From a phage, in sequence record PZ229304.1: a stretch of DNA of 64,000 bases; one strand, given 5' to 3'. Positions 37,229 through 46,558 of this stretch are shown one piece after another. The position numbers and the translations under genes were made by a program. The stretch's first letter is position 1, and each line of letters begins with the position of its first letter. Under the pieces are notes generated by a model. It did not search any database. It saw only the letters and a list, made by a program, of their open reading frames with translations, and had not been told where the DNA came from.

Positions 37229-37491
37229 TGGTTACACGATATGGCTTAGAGGTGTACAGCCAAGGTGCTGCTGGTCAATGTGATATTGTACCAGATCCAG
37301 AAGGGGATTATGTTCTTCTTGCTGATTACAATAAGCTAGAAGAAAGACTTCTGGCTGTGTATGCTAAAGAGAACAAAACAATCTGCCCTTATTGCAGTGG
37401 AATGGGTTGGGTAGTTGCAGATGTTGGACAAATGTATGAATGTGTGCCTTGTAAAACCACAGGATTTATTGAAAAGGATACTAACAAATGA
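37228..37491 (+). CDS. hypothetical Cys-containing protein, paralogue family C
   Basis: Trimmed to ATG 37228; CPYCSG..CVPCKTTG suggests a zinc ribbon. Confidence 0.4.
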   Translation: MVTRYGLEVYSQGAAGQCDIVPDPEGDYVLLADYNKLEERLLAVYAKENKTICPYCSGMGWVVADVGQMYECVPCKTTGFIEKDTNK

Positions 37492-37736
37492 CTGTAGCAG
37501 ATAAAATGAGAGAACTGGCAGAAAACGCAGAACTTAACAAAGCAAAGGATAGTCTACAAAATATCTACTCGTATATTGAGAGAGCAGCTAAAGATGGAGA
37601 TAGAGAAGTTGCTATATACACGCTTTATCCAACTTTTGTAAAAGTTCACTTGGATGCTGAAGGTTTTTCAACTTTTATTGATACAGAAACATCTCATTAC
37701 GACGAAAACTTTACTCGAATAGTTATTCGATGGTAA
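37488..37736 (+). CDS. hypothetical protein
   Basis: 82-aa track ORF. Confidence 0.45.
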   Translation: MTVADKMRELAENAELNKAKDSLQNIYSYIERAAKDGDREVAIYTLYPTFVKVHLDAEGFSTFIDTETSHYDENFTRIVIRW

Positions 37737-37841
37737 ATTTCTGACATTTATGCGCCCTGGCTACCTGGGCGTAATAAATTCAGCTTATATTTGATCCGCG
37801 CCTTCGGCGCTTAGGCAAAGCCACGCCACACAGGAGGGTTT

Positions 37842-38252
37842 ATGTTCAAATGGTTAAAAGGGTTTCTAACATCTTTGGCAGAACCTAAGCAAGATGTTAT
37901 TAAAAGCTCTATCACAGGAAAACCGCTTGTTATAGTTACAGGCGGCTTTGGTCATGGGTTTTCTCTTAAACAAACAGATATAGGTTTACAGGGATGTTTG
38001 ATTAGTTTTAGAATCACTCAATTAGGAGATAATAGACAAACAATCTTAGACCTTTTCAATGGGGAATTTGATGACTATTTATCCAAGAGTGGTAAAGAAC
38101 GTCTGATCGAGCATATAAAACACCGCTATGAGCATGGTGGTTACTACTTAGATACAAAACGTAATACACAAGGTGATCTTGACATAGTTCGTATAGCGTG
38201 GGATAATGAATTTAAAACTAAACTTGGTAAACTTCTGGAGGAGTTATGGTAA
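37842..38252 (+). CDS. hypothetical protein
   Basis: 136-aa track ORF, AGGAGGG RBS. Confidence 0.5.
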   Translation: MFKWLKGFLTSLAEPKQDVIKSSITGKPLVIVTGGFGHGFSLKQTDIGLQGCLISFRITQLGDNRQTILDLFNGEFDDYLSKSGKERLIEHIKHRYEHGGYYLDTKRNTQGDLDIVRIAWDNEFKTKLGKLLEELW

Positions 38253-38428
38253 ATATTAAAACAGGTGATATTGTACGTCTTGCTAGTGAAGAAATGTTAA
38301 TGACTGTAATGGTATCTACCTATGATACTTGCGAAGTGGTGTGGTTTGATGTTAATGAACAACTACAGAAAGCTACATTTGATAAACGTATGCTTCGTAA
38401 AGTTGAAGAAGTGAAGGAGGAAGAATAA
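38246..38428 (+). CDS. small hypothetical protein
   Basis: 60-aa track ORF, GGAGGAG RBS. Confidence 0.4.
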   Translation: MVNIKTGDIVRLASEEMLMTVMVSTYDTCEVVWFDVNEQLQKATFDKRMLRKVEEVKEEE

Positions 38429-38429
38429 T

Positions 38430-38642
38430 ATGACAATGTTGCTTCGTATGTTTGTGTTTCTTATGTTCTGGATTATCGTTGGTAACGGTATTGTGTTTTT
38501 GATTTTTCCTGAAGTAATGACAGGTAATGAAAATAAGGCAGTGCCTTACATTATGCTTATCGGTTACGGTATTGGTACACTTGGATTACTGTTTGCTGAC
38601 TGGTTAGTCAATACTTTGTTCTCTAAGTACAGGAACAACTAA
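38430..38642 (+). CDS. small membrane protein (two TM helices)
   Basis: MFVFLMFWIIVGNGIVFLIF and IMLIGYGIGTLGLLFADWLV. Confidence 0.45.
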   Translation: MTMLLRMFVFLMFWIIVGNGIVFLIFPEVMTGNENKAVPYIMLIGYGIGTLGLLFADWLVNTLFSKYRNN

Positions 38643-38643
38643 T

Positions 38644-38916
38644 ATGTCGGAAAAATTACCTAATGTTTTCTTTTGTTTTGTAGATTGTGTTACACAAGAA
38701 ATTATAGTTGACGAAGAAGGTATGTTTACTTATTTTGCATCTGAAGAAGAGGCAAAACTATCAGCTATGAAATGTATAAGCCAATTGTCAGTACCTGCTG
38801 TCAACAGGTTCGGTATTGCACAGGTGTATAAAACAGTAACAGAGTTTACACCAGATCGAAAACTAACTTTTCTTAACGTTCACTTTGTTTGTAAGTTTAG
38901 TGAACTACGACATTAA
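38644..38916 (+). CDS. hypothetical protein
   Basis: 90-aa track ORF. Confidence 0.4.
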   Translation: MSEKLPNVFFCFVDCVTQEIIVDEEGMFTYFASEEEAKLSAMKCISQLSVPAVNRFGIAQVYKTVTEFTPDRKLTFLNVHFVCKFSELRH

Positions 38917-38929
38917 ATCAGGAGTAAAA

Positions 38930-39529
38930 ATGAAAGAATATTGGAGTGGTGAGAAGGGCTTGCTAAAGCCAGGAATGCTTTTGCGAGTAAAGAACATGTT
39001 GATCACACAAGATTACATAATGCCTAATCCTGGAGCATTAGTAGAATTCCTTACTGCGCGAGATCAACCTGGGGTTGGTGAAATGTGGATTGTAACGTGG
39101 ATATCTCTCGATAGTAAATTACGCGTTGCTCCTATTGACCCAAAACACTTGGAATCTCCTTACGCCAGCATTGATTCTCGGATCATAGATTTGGCTAGAG
39201 TTTATAAGGCTAGGACTGGTGTAGAATTAGATGTAGAAATTTTAAATCAATGTATTGACTTCTTACCTGAAAAAGTGCATAATGCACAACAAGAAGATAG
39301 CGGTTTAGAAGTTATTCTTCTGAATGATGGGATGTTCTCTGGTCTGGCATCTGTAGATTTTCCAATAACATTAAGATTGTTACCTGGGGAATACGTACTG
39401 GATGACACTACTATTGCTATATCCTCTAAAATTTTAGAACTCATTCCAGGTGCAAGGTGTGTTGGTGATACATCTTCCTTGCTGTTTACTCTGAATGAAG
39501 AAGCCATTATAGTTAAAAAGGAGAAGTAA
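38930..39529 (+). CDS. hypothetical protein
   Basis: Trimmed to ATG 38930 (AGGAG RBS). Confidence 0.5.
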   Translation: MKEYWSGEKGLLKPGMLLRVKNMLITQDYIMPNPGALVEFLTARDQPGVGEMWIVTWISLDSKLRVAPIDPKHLESPYASIDSRIIDLARVYKARTGVELDVEILNQCIDFLPEKVHNAQQEDSGLEVILLNDGMFSGLASVDFPITLRLLPGEYVLDDTTIAISSKILELIPGARCVGDTSSLLFTLNEEAIIVKKEK

Positions 39530-39685
39530 ATGATGACGTTTATTGTTGGTGTTGTTGTTGGTTATTTTGGTCACAAGTACCAGGATGTTATCATCGCTAA
39601 AGTTGACGAAGTAATCGAAAAATTTAAACACTAATTTTTAAAAAGGCTGTACTGCTGTGCAGCCTATCTTTCAAAGGAGAGTAAA

Positions 39686-39859
39686 ATGTTCAAAGATACC
39701 AATTATAAATGTGTACATTGTGGTAAATCTTTTGGTGATCACAAAGCTAAAACATTCAATTGTCCACGAAAAGGGCGAGGTAGCTTTAAAGGTTTTAATC
39801 CATCCCACGTTTATTCTCCCAACTACGAGAAACCAGAAGAAGAAAAATTTGTAATCTGA
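39686..39859 (+). CDS. small zinc-ribbon-like protein (57 aa)
   Basis: Own translation MFKDTNYKCVHCGKSFGDHKAKTFNCPRKGRG..; AAGGAGAG RBS; replaces track ORF 39657-39854, which begins inside a hairpin. Confidence 0.35.
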   Translation: MFKDTNYKCVHCGKSFGDHKAKTFNCPRKGRGSFKGFNPSHVYSPNYEKPEEEKFVI

Positions 39860-39868
39860 GGAGGCAAT

Positions 39869-40156
39869 ATGGAACTAGTGCAAGAAGTTTATGAAAAACT
39901 GAAAGAAGAGAATCTTGATTGGCCTGAACATGCTCTTATTGTCGTCAAAGATACTAATGGTGAAATAAAATTCTCAAGTGTAAGTGAAGATGATGTTGTT
40001 TTAAGTCCTACAGGATATTATATGAGAGGTGTTACGTGTCTATTCAACACCAAAGTGTATCCTGAAATTAAACTTAGTTACGGTGAACCTGATCATCCAG
40101 AAATCGTTACACGTAATGAATATGAAAATTATTATTTTGCTCGTGAAAGCAAATAA
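39869..40156 (+). CDS. hypothetical protein
   Basis: 95-aa track ORF, GAGGAGG RBS. Confidence 0.45.
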   Translation: MELVQEVYEKLKEENLDWPEHALIVVKDTNGEIKFSSVSEDDVVLSPTGYYMRGVTCLFNTKVYPEIKLSYGEPDHPEIVTRNEYENYYFARESK

Positions 40157-40164
40157 GGAAAACT

Positions 40165-40488
40165 ATGCAAAAAATAAACACTGGTTCTCGTCCTAAACAG
40201 AAGCAAACAAAAGCAAGGGTATCTTATGTTGACAACTCTTGTTATAATTTCAAAAATGTTAAAGAAGTTATCATTGATGAAAAAGAAGGTTTGATTCACA
40301 TTTCATCTGAACGTTTGAAAGGTAGTGTTACTCTTCGTGAGAATGTATCTATACCTATGAAAGTTGTGGCTACACTTTGTGTTGATAAACCAGATGTTGT
40401 TAACTACTATGTGTTCCGTGATAGTTGTATTTCATTACATAATAAGATTTTTAAATCTTCGCACGTTAAAACAAAACACATTGTATAA
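40165..40488 (+). CDS. hypothetical protein
   Basis: 107-aa track ORF. Confidence 0.45.
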   Translation: MQKINTGSRPKQKQTKARVSYVDNSCYNFKNVKEVIIDEKEGLIHISSERLKGSVTLRENVSIPMKVVATLCVDKPDVVNYYVFRDSCISLHNKIFKSSHVKTKHIV

Positions 40489-40493
40489 CACAT

Positions 40494-40518
40494 AAACCCG
40501 CTTCGGCGGGTTTTCTTG
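40494..40518 (+). terminator. intrinsic terminator (same hairpin sequence as 14950-14974)
   Basis: AAACCCGCTTCGGCGGGTTT plus TCTTG. Confidence 0.6.
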
Positions 40519-40562
40519 TATGTGTGTTTTTATTTATCTTAGCATAAACAATAGGAGGTATT

Positions 40563-40784
40563 ATGTCTGTAGTTGTAGAAGGTAGTATTGGTTTCTTAGT
40601 AGATAACCCTCACCCTTTCGTGGTTAAGGTTCATGTTCAAGAAAAGGTAAGCAACAATACGTGGTTGTGCTTGTTAGATAGTAAGATACACTCTTATACA
40701 GAGGTTTATCTTCACACTTGGCAAATTGGTACGATAACAGCAGAGGATGAATTGATAATTGAACTATATGAACGAGATTTATAG
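40563..40784 (+). CDS. hypothetical protein
   Basis: 73-aa track ORF, AGGAGG RBS. Confidence 0.45.
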   Translation: MSVVVEGSIGFLVDNPHPFVVKVHVQEKVSNNTWLCLLDSKIHSYTEVYLHTWQIGTITAEDELIIELYERDL

Positions 40785-40855
40785 ATGACTTTATTAGAGA
40801 GTATTGTAGTGTTAATCATCTTTATCATTGTTGTCATAGGATATTTTACAGAAGA

Positions 40856-40895
40856 CTAAAATAAAGCCCCTAGAATCGCTTCTAGGGGCTTTTGT
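40856..40895. terminator. bidirectional terminator at the convergence of plus and minus blocks
   Basis: AAGCCCCTAGAATCGCTTCTAGGGGCTT hairpin with A/T runs on both sides. Confidence 0.6.
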
Positions 40896-40959
40896 CTACA
40901 TTAGGTAGGGAAACGTATTACTAAAATAAAAAGCGCGTTAGAATGCGTTACAGGAGGTT

Positions 40960-41217
40960 TTAGGAATGCATAAAATCTTCTTCAGGGCAGGTTGAGAGAT
41001 AAGAGATGCATGTTGGGACAACAACAACATTGTCTTTAAGGTTTTCAACCAAGCCTTTTGTAATCCCAGCCACTGCCCCGTTAATATCTGCTTGACGGAT
41101 ACCAAAACCTTGTTGTGCGGATAGATAACAAAATCCTTCACCTTTCTGTTGATTGTTATTGAAGTAATAAACGTAGTGCATCATAAAATGGTCTTTAACG
41201 ATTTGTTCTGTGGTCAT
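40960..41217 (-). CDS. hypothetical protein
   Basis: 85-aa track ORF. Confidence 0.4.
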   Translation of the reverse strand: MTTEQIVKDHFMMHYVYYFNNNQQKGEGFCYLSAQQGFGIRQADINGAVAGITKGLVENLKDNVVVVPTCISYLSTCPEEDFMHS

Positions 41218-41225
41218 AATATTCT

Positions 41226-41252
41226 CCTATAAGAAAAGGGGCTTTCGCCCCT
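41226..41252 (-). terminator. intrinsic terminator
   Basis: GGGGCTTTCGCCCC hairpin with T-run on the minus strand. Confidence 0.55.
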
Positions 41253-41260
41253 TGGTCAAG

Positions 41261-42073
41261 TTACTTAGTCAAATGATCTTCTATCATTTTTATGAAAGCA
41301 GGATTGCTAAAAGCATCTGCTGCCTTTTCTCTATAAACAAAGACTCCTCTATCTTCGTAAAGAAGAGTTTCTTCGTAATTAATTCCTGGGTTAACAACAA
41401 TCATTTTTGTACCCATAGTAAGTGCAGGGAATAATTCCCAATTAAAATTGATAACTTGGTTTGAACATCCTACTACAACAACCAAATCTTGCATGGTCAA
41501 AGTATCAAACAAGTGAGCCATATCTGCATACAAAGGTGCAGCCTCACCAAAAAATACAACATTAGGCTTCACCCAGTTATAATCATCTATGTTTATACTA
41601 TTGTAACCAATGTCTACCAGTGTTTTGTAATCTCCAGGATGCATACGGTAAACTACTTCAGGAAGATATCCGTGCACGTGAATAACAGAATCCCTGTCTA
41701 CACCTGCTCGCTCTAGTAGGTCATCAACGTTTGTTGTCAAGTTTACTACTTGGTTAGGATATTCCTTAAACCACTTTGCTATTTGAATATGTGCAGCATT
41801 AGGTTGTACATCTTTAAGCTCAACACGTCTTTTGTTATAAAATTCGTGTGTTTTGGCATACAAATCCATACCGTTTTCGTCTACACCACCAACCACTGGA
41901 AGATCTGGTGATGTTCTCACACGATAACCTGCTTGGAAAGCTCCAATATCGCAGATCTCTTCTAAATCCCATTCTTCCCATAGGGCACGACCACTATCTG
42001 TGTCTGTTCGGAATGTTCGAATCCCACTGTCTGCACTTAAACCAGCTCCACTAACAAAAATTACTCTTCGCAT
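41261..42073 (-). CDS. Sir2-family (sirtuin-like) NAD-dependent protein lacking the zinc-binding Cys module
   Basis: GAGLSADSGIRTFR, TTNVDDLLERAG, HG, PNVVFFGE motifs; no CxxC..CxxC pairs. Confidence 0.7.
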   Translation of the reverse strand: MRRVIFVSGAGLSADSGIRTFRTDTDSGRALWEEWDLEEICDIGAFQAGYRVRTSPDLPVVGGVDENGMDLYAKTHEFYNKRRVELKDVQPNAAHIQIAKWFKEYPNQVVNLTTNVDDLLERAGVDRDSVIHVHGYLPEVVYRMHPGDYKTLVDIGYNSINIDDYNWVKPNVVFFGEAAPLYADMAHLFDTLTMQDLVVVVGCSNQVINFNWELFPALTMGTKMIVVNPGINYEETLLYEDRGVFVYREKAADAFSNPAFIKMIEDHLTK

Positions 42074-42615
42074 TCAATATCCTCTTCGTAATCATCATCC
42101 CAAGAAGATGCGTCGTAACGCTCTTCCTCTTCGAAATCCCAATTAATTTCTACTCCAAAATCTAAAAACAATTTAACAATGTTTTCTGTAGAGTAGTATT
42201 TATCATAAGCGTTAGCTAGTTCCCAATACTTGTCACTCAATTTTTTATATTTAGGATCATTATAGTCATAATCTACTTTATAACCATAATCATACATCTC
42301 TTGTTCAGCTTTAAGCATAGCTTCTGGTGTAAGAAGATTAGGGAACGGACGATTTCTTTCTTTTAACTTAGAAACAATCCAGTTTGCAACATTTGCCACT
42401 TCACCATCTTGATTATCACCTAAACAACTTGCATAATCTCCATCTTCGTAAGTGCCTAAATCCCCACAGACTTCATGTACAATAGATGAATACGATCCAC
42501 ACGTTTCACAATCTGAAAAAGTGTCTACTGTTGTAATATCAATAGATAAAACTGGTAAAGCCATAGCTTCTTTCACACAAGCCTCCTCATATAATAACAT
42601 ATCATCAAAACCCAT
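42061..42615 (-). CDS. hypothetical highly acidic protein
   Basis: Trimmed from TTG at 42630 to ATG at 42615 (GGAGGA RBS). Confidence 0.4.
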   Translation of the reverse strand: MGFDDMLLYEEACVKEAMALPVLSIDITTVDTFSDCETCGSYSSIVHEVCGDLGTYEDGDYASCLGDNQDGEVANVANWIVSKLKERNRPFPNLLTPEAMLKAEQEMYDYGYKVDYDYNDPKYKKLSDKYWELANAYDKYYSTENIVKLFLDFGVEINWDFEEEERYDASSWDDDYEEDIECEE

Positions 42616-42669
42616 ATATCCTCCACACAAATAAAGCCCCTGATTGGGGCTTTGGTTAAGTTTTACGGA

Positions 42670-43278
42670 TTATACCAGACTTTTAAGGTACTTGTCAAGG
42701 GCTTCTTGATCACCTTGACAAACATAGCAACGGAAGTCTTGAGCAGAAGGTTCTTTGTCCTCGTCCCAATCCCAATAAACAGTACCTTTATAACGTGAGC
42801 CTGGGAACTCGAAATATGCTGTATGAGTAATATGATGTGGGCCACCCCAAAACTGTGTAAAAGTAAATTGAGGATACGCTGCTTTAACTGTATTTTCAAA
42901 CCAAGTTTTACGATCTAATGCTTCGTTTATAAAATAAGCATGGCGTTCCATTTCATCCCAGTCTTTCCAAACGCATTTTTCATCCAGAGAAAAAACAAAA
43001 TCCTTGCTGTTGAATTCATCTGTATCTTCCAAAATATCATAATCATGTGCACTAGGTATCCACCATCCAGCTTCTAATAGTGCTTTCACGGGTACAAAAC
43101 CTTTTTCAGCATATTGATCAAATTCTTTTACTCTACGTACAGTGCAGTATTCATCTTCACCACCAATGTCCAGTAGACAAGCACCTTTGCGTCTTGCTGC
43201 AAGACCATGTGTATCAAAAACTACAACACTACCTTCACCATCTTCACGATCTACTTGATATGCAACTTTTTGAGTCAT
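42670..43278 (-). CDS. hypothetical protein
   Basis: 202-aa track ORF. Confidence 0.45.
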   Translation of the reverse strand: MTQKVAYQVDREDGEGSVVVFDTHGLAARRKGACLLDIGGEDEYCTVRRVKEFDQYAEKGFVPVKALLEAGWWIPSAHDYDILEDTDEFNSKDFVFSLDEKCVWKDWDEMERHAYFINEALDRKTWFENTVKAAYPQFTFTQFWGGPHHITHTAYFEFPGSRYKGTVYWDWDEDKEPSAQDFRCYVCQGDQEALDKYLKSLV

Positions 43279-43401
43279 ATTACCCCCAATGTATATGGGA
43301 AATTAACCAAAAGATAAATTCCCAAAAACACCAACCAAGAAAAGTTAATGGAATTATAAAAGCTATCAGAGCAGTCTTCCAGCCTTTCCACAATGTTTCC
43401 A

Positions 43402-44391
43402 CTATTCCTCCATACATTTAAGAATATGTGCAATGACAGGTATAGTCCAACCGTTACCTAACATCTTATATGCTTGTGTGTTACTACTCAGCTTAAAGTA
43501 GTCATCTGGCACACCTTGCAAGCGACAACACTCTTTAACCGTTAACTTTCTATAATGTACGCCTTCACTCAATTTTTCAAAAGCATCTAGATATCTTCCA
43601 GGTGGAATGTAGGCTAATAGTACGTCTTTAGGCACAGTCGTGAGGCAACGAGTTTTTTCACTGTCCTGAACTTCCAAACAATGTACCAAACGATCAGTTT
43701 TAGATGTACTACGTTTGCCATTTTCATTAATTCTACGCCCATATATTGCTGCCGGATAAAAAACCAGTTGTCTGCGACTCTTTTCAAAATACTGTTCTAT
43801 ATTACCACCTTTGGCATAATTTGCATCTATGCAATAAGCCTTATCTCTGTCTACAATACTATCATCTTCAATGATATCTTGCAACACTTCATTGGTGATC
43901 TCCCAGGGTTTTATTTCCCAGTTGCACCAGTATAAACGTTGTCTATTCTGTGCCGTGAAATCTGCGGAGTTAATGAATACGGGATCAACACCTAAGTAAC
44001 TTGTGATCACGTTTTCCCACTCCACTTTCATCTTAACGTTTTCAAGCATGAACTTAACATTAGGATTAAACTTTTTAATATGTTCAAGAATTTCAACATA
44101 TTCGAAGAATAGCTTAGATCGCGGATCTTGAAAGTTCAAACCCTTACCAGAAGAAGAGAAGCCTTGACACGGACTACCACCTAACAAAAGATCAATTTCT
44201 CCCCACGGGATATCCCATTCTCTCCATTTTGTAACATCACCTAACTGAATAATATCTGGAAAATTTGCTTGGCTTTCAGCTATGGCAAATTTGTCTAATT
44301 CTGAAGCATAATATGTATCTACTTCAATACCTGCACTTTTTAGCGCAAGCATTCCTCCTGACATACCATCAAAAAGACTTAAAACTTTCAT
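43402..44391 (-). CDS. DNA (cytosine-5)-methyltransferase, orphan
   Basis: Motif I LSLFDGMSGG, motif IV GGSPCQGFS, motif VI ENV, motif VIII QNRQR, motif X GNGWTIPV; no adjacent restriction endonuclease recognised. Confidence 0.8.
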   Translation of the reverse strand: MKVLSLFDGMSGGMLALKSAGIEVDTYYASELDKFAIAESQANFPDIIQLGDVTKWREWDIPWGEIDLLLGGSPCQGFSSSGKGLNFQDPRSKLFFEYVEILEHIKKFNPNVKFMLENVKMKVEWENVITSYLGVDPVFINSADFTAQNRQRLYWCNWEIKPWEITNEVLQDIIEDDSIVDRDKAYCIDANYAKGGNIEQYFEKSRRQLVFYPAAIYGRRINENGKRSTSKTDRLVHCLEVQDSEKTRCLTTVPKDVLLAYIPPGRYLDAFEKLSEGVHYRKLTVKECCRLQGVPDDYFKLSSNTQAYKMLGNGWTIPVIAHILKCMEE

Positions 44392-44393
44392 TA

Positions 44394-44804
44394 TTACTTC
44401 TTCTCCTTAACACTAGCTGGTAACTCTACCTTGAGGCAGAAGTTTAAACGGTAAGCCTCATTCTCATTTAAAAGTACAGATTCACACGATAACCAGAACA
44501 AGAGATCCTCAATACTAGGGCTGTTAAGCCAACAGTGCAAAAGAGAATGTTGTTCTATATCAATGTAATTTAGTAACAAGGCTTGTAAGGCGTAACTAGT
44601 TCCTGTCGTTTTTGCTTTTTCAAGGATGATATTGTGTTTACTAACAACTTTCTTCCTAAGACCAAACCATTTATTAACAACAACAGTCTCCTCTTGTAGT
44701 TGTTTTCTTATTTTCTCACATTCTTTAACTACAATCTGCATCTTATCCACTGCTGATTGAAGCTGTTCTTTTGTTGGGTTTACAAAATAGTCACTATAGT
44801 ACAT
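44394..44804 (-). CDS. hypothetical protein
   Basis: 136-aa track ORF. Confidence 0.45.
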   Translation of the reverse strand: MYYSDYFVNPTKEQLQSAVDKMQIVVKECEKIRKQLQEETVVVNKWFGLRKKVVSKHNIILEKAKTTGTSYALQALLLNYIDIEQHSLLHCWLNSPSIEDLLFWLSCESVLLNENEAYRLNFCLKVELPASVKEKK

Positions 44805-44859
44805 GCTAATCTTCTCCTCTTCTGTTTTTCTGTAGTTTATTTGAAAAAACTGGTGTTGT

Positions 44860-44886
44860 CAACAAAAAACCCGCCGAAGCGGGTTT
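44860..44886 (-). terminator. intrinsic terminator
   Basis: AAACCCGCCGAAGCGGGTTT hairpin with T-run on the minus strand. Confidence 0.55.
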
Positions 44887-44889
44887 ATA

Positions 44890-45147
44890 TTATTCTACAG
44901 GAACTTCTTCACCAAGAGAAACTTCTAAACGGAATGCTTTACTTTCAATACACTCACTACCTTTTAGAAAATCAAATTGCACTATAGACTGACTTAATAG
45001 GATAGATAGAATCACATCGCAATCTTCACTGGGCGCTAGATGTTTGTATTCTTCCTTCAAGGTAACATCATAAAAACATAAATCCCCTACTCCTAGTTCA
45101 TCCCATCCTTCCCACGCATCTACAAAGTTAAACTCTAAACCTTTCAT
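44890..45147 (-). CDS. hypothetical protein
   Basis: 85-aa track ORF. Confidence 0.4.
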   Translation of the reverse strand: MKGLEFNFVDAWEGWDELGVGDLCFYDVTLKEEYKHLAPSEDCDVILSILLSQSIVQFDFLKGSECIESKAFRLEVSLGEEVPVE

Positions 45148-45668
45148 ACAACCTCCTCGTAATTGTTATTGTGTTTTACTGTCTCAACATACAATAAAGA
45201 TTCCATCTGTAATACATTACCAGAAATAATAAACCCATAAGCCATTTCAGATGTGTCTATATCATATGCCCCGTCTTCCGGTTTAGCAAAGTGTAAAACT
45301 ATTTCATCTGGGTTTTCTTCATCCCATAGTTTAGAAATTTTCCGAACCAGAATGTTAGCTAAAATAGTTGACATTCGGGATAAAGCTGTATCCTCATATC
45401 TTTTAAAACCTAGCCAATAGAGGTTAAGAATTTCTACTTCTTCTTGTGTTAAGTTTTTATCTAAAGTAATCAGATCTGTAGAGCACGGCGTTTTTGTTGA
45501 ACCTACTGTTACAAAACCTGGAGTGTTATGAAAAACAATCTTAACTTTATCACGTATAAAGTTTAAACCTTGTGCCTCAACTATATATTGTATTGTAGGT
45601 ACAATATCGTTTGTTACATCAATAAAACTATCTTTAATGACGCTTATATTATTTCTGGACAAGACCAT
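45144..45668 (-). CDS. hypothetical protein
   Basis: 174-aa track ORF. Confidence 0.45.
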   Translation of the reverse strand: MVLSRNNISVIKDSFIDVTNDIVPTIQYIVEAQGLNFIRDKVKIVFHNTPGFVTVGSTKTPCSTDLITLDKNLTQEEVEILNLYWLGFKRYEDTALSRMSTILANILVRKISKLWDEENPDEIVLHFAKPEDGAYDIDTSEMAYGFIISGNVLQMESLLYVETVKHNNNYEEVV

Positions 45669-46227
45669 TCTCCTCTAAAATAGGCTTAATAAATTCGAAA
45701 ATTTGTTTTTTACTTTTACCTCTAATATTAAAACAAGGAACATTAAACTTTTTAGCCAACATCCAAGCTGTTCTTGTACCACCTAAAGGATCTCCATTTT
45801 TATCTGTATTTGCACAAGCTAAAAGAAAACAAGATGGTTTTGGATTCTCAAGATCCCTGCCAAGAACTTGGTGGATATTTCTTTGATGTAATTTTTTAGC
45901 ACCTTGAGATAATCTGTCCCAAGCTGGATGCAATTCTTTTGCATATTGCAAGGTTAGAGCATAGTTTACACTATCTGGTCTGTCAAGAACAATAACCTCT
46001 CCCTCTATCTCATTACCTTTAAACGAAGGCCAAGGAATGTATATTTCTTTCTTTGTATTGTTTCCACTATCATACACCCCGCATTCAAATGCGGAATCTG
46101 CACCTTCTGCTTTACCAGATCGTAAAATGAACCATGTAGATAACCATTTTGCAACAGCTACCATAGTGTCCCATTCTTCGTCTGTAATATCTCTGCTACC
46201 AACACCTGTGTAGAATAAATCGCTCAT
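45649..46227 (-). CDS. DprA/Smf-like (SLOG-type Rossmann) protein
   Basis: Trimmed to ATG 46227 (AAGGAGAAAA RBS); YTGVGSRDIT..SGKAEGADSA resembles the DprA GSR..SG.A.G.D pattern; weak. Confidence 0.3.
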   Translation of the reverse strand: MSDLFYTGVGSRDITDEEWDTMVAVAKWLSTWFILRSGKAEGADSAFECGVYDSGNNTKKEIYIPWPSFKGNEIEGEVIVLDRPDSVNYALTLQYAKELHPAWDRLSQGAKKLHQRNIHQVLGRDLENPKPSCFLLACANTDKNGDPLGGTRTAWMLAKKFNVPCFNIRGKSKKQIFEFIKPILEENGLVQK

Positions 46228-46237
46228 GGTTTTCTCC

Positions 46238-46558
46238 TTAACAAGTAATATTTGGAATAATACTGGGAGTAACAATTGGAGTAATAGGGTACGTAAACCA
46301 AGGGCTTCCAATTTCCCAAGGACTATAAGGTGTACGAGGATCAAATGGAGGCGTTACTTGAGGCTTTTTCCAAATCTCCGCTAGTTGTTTCTTCCATTTA
46401 TCCCTTGCTGTATCGTTATCTTCATCCAACTGTTCGTCATTATCTTTTATTTCTGATTTTGGAAATAAAAGCTCTTTGACTAACTCAACGTCTTCCGTTT
46501 CAATAGTAGTTTCTTTCGTAATATTCCCTACCGTCTCTTTAATTGTGACTTTATACAT
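46238..46558 (-). CDS. hypothetical protein
   Basis: 106-aa track ORF. Confidence 0.4.
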   Translation of the reverse strand: MYKVTIKETVGNITKETTIETEDVELVKELLFPKSEIKDNDEQLDEDNDTARDKWKKQLAEIWKKPQVTPPFDPRTPYSPWEIGSPWFTYPITPIVTPSIIPNITC

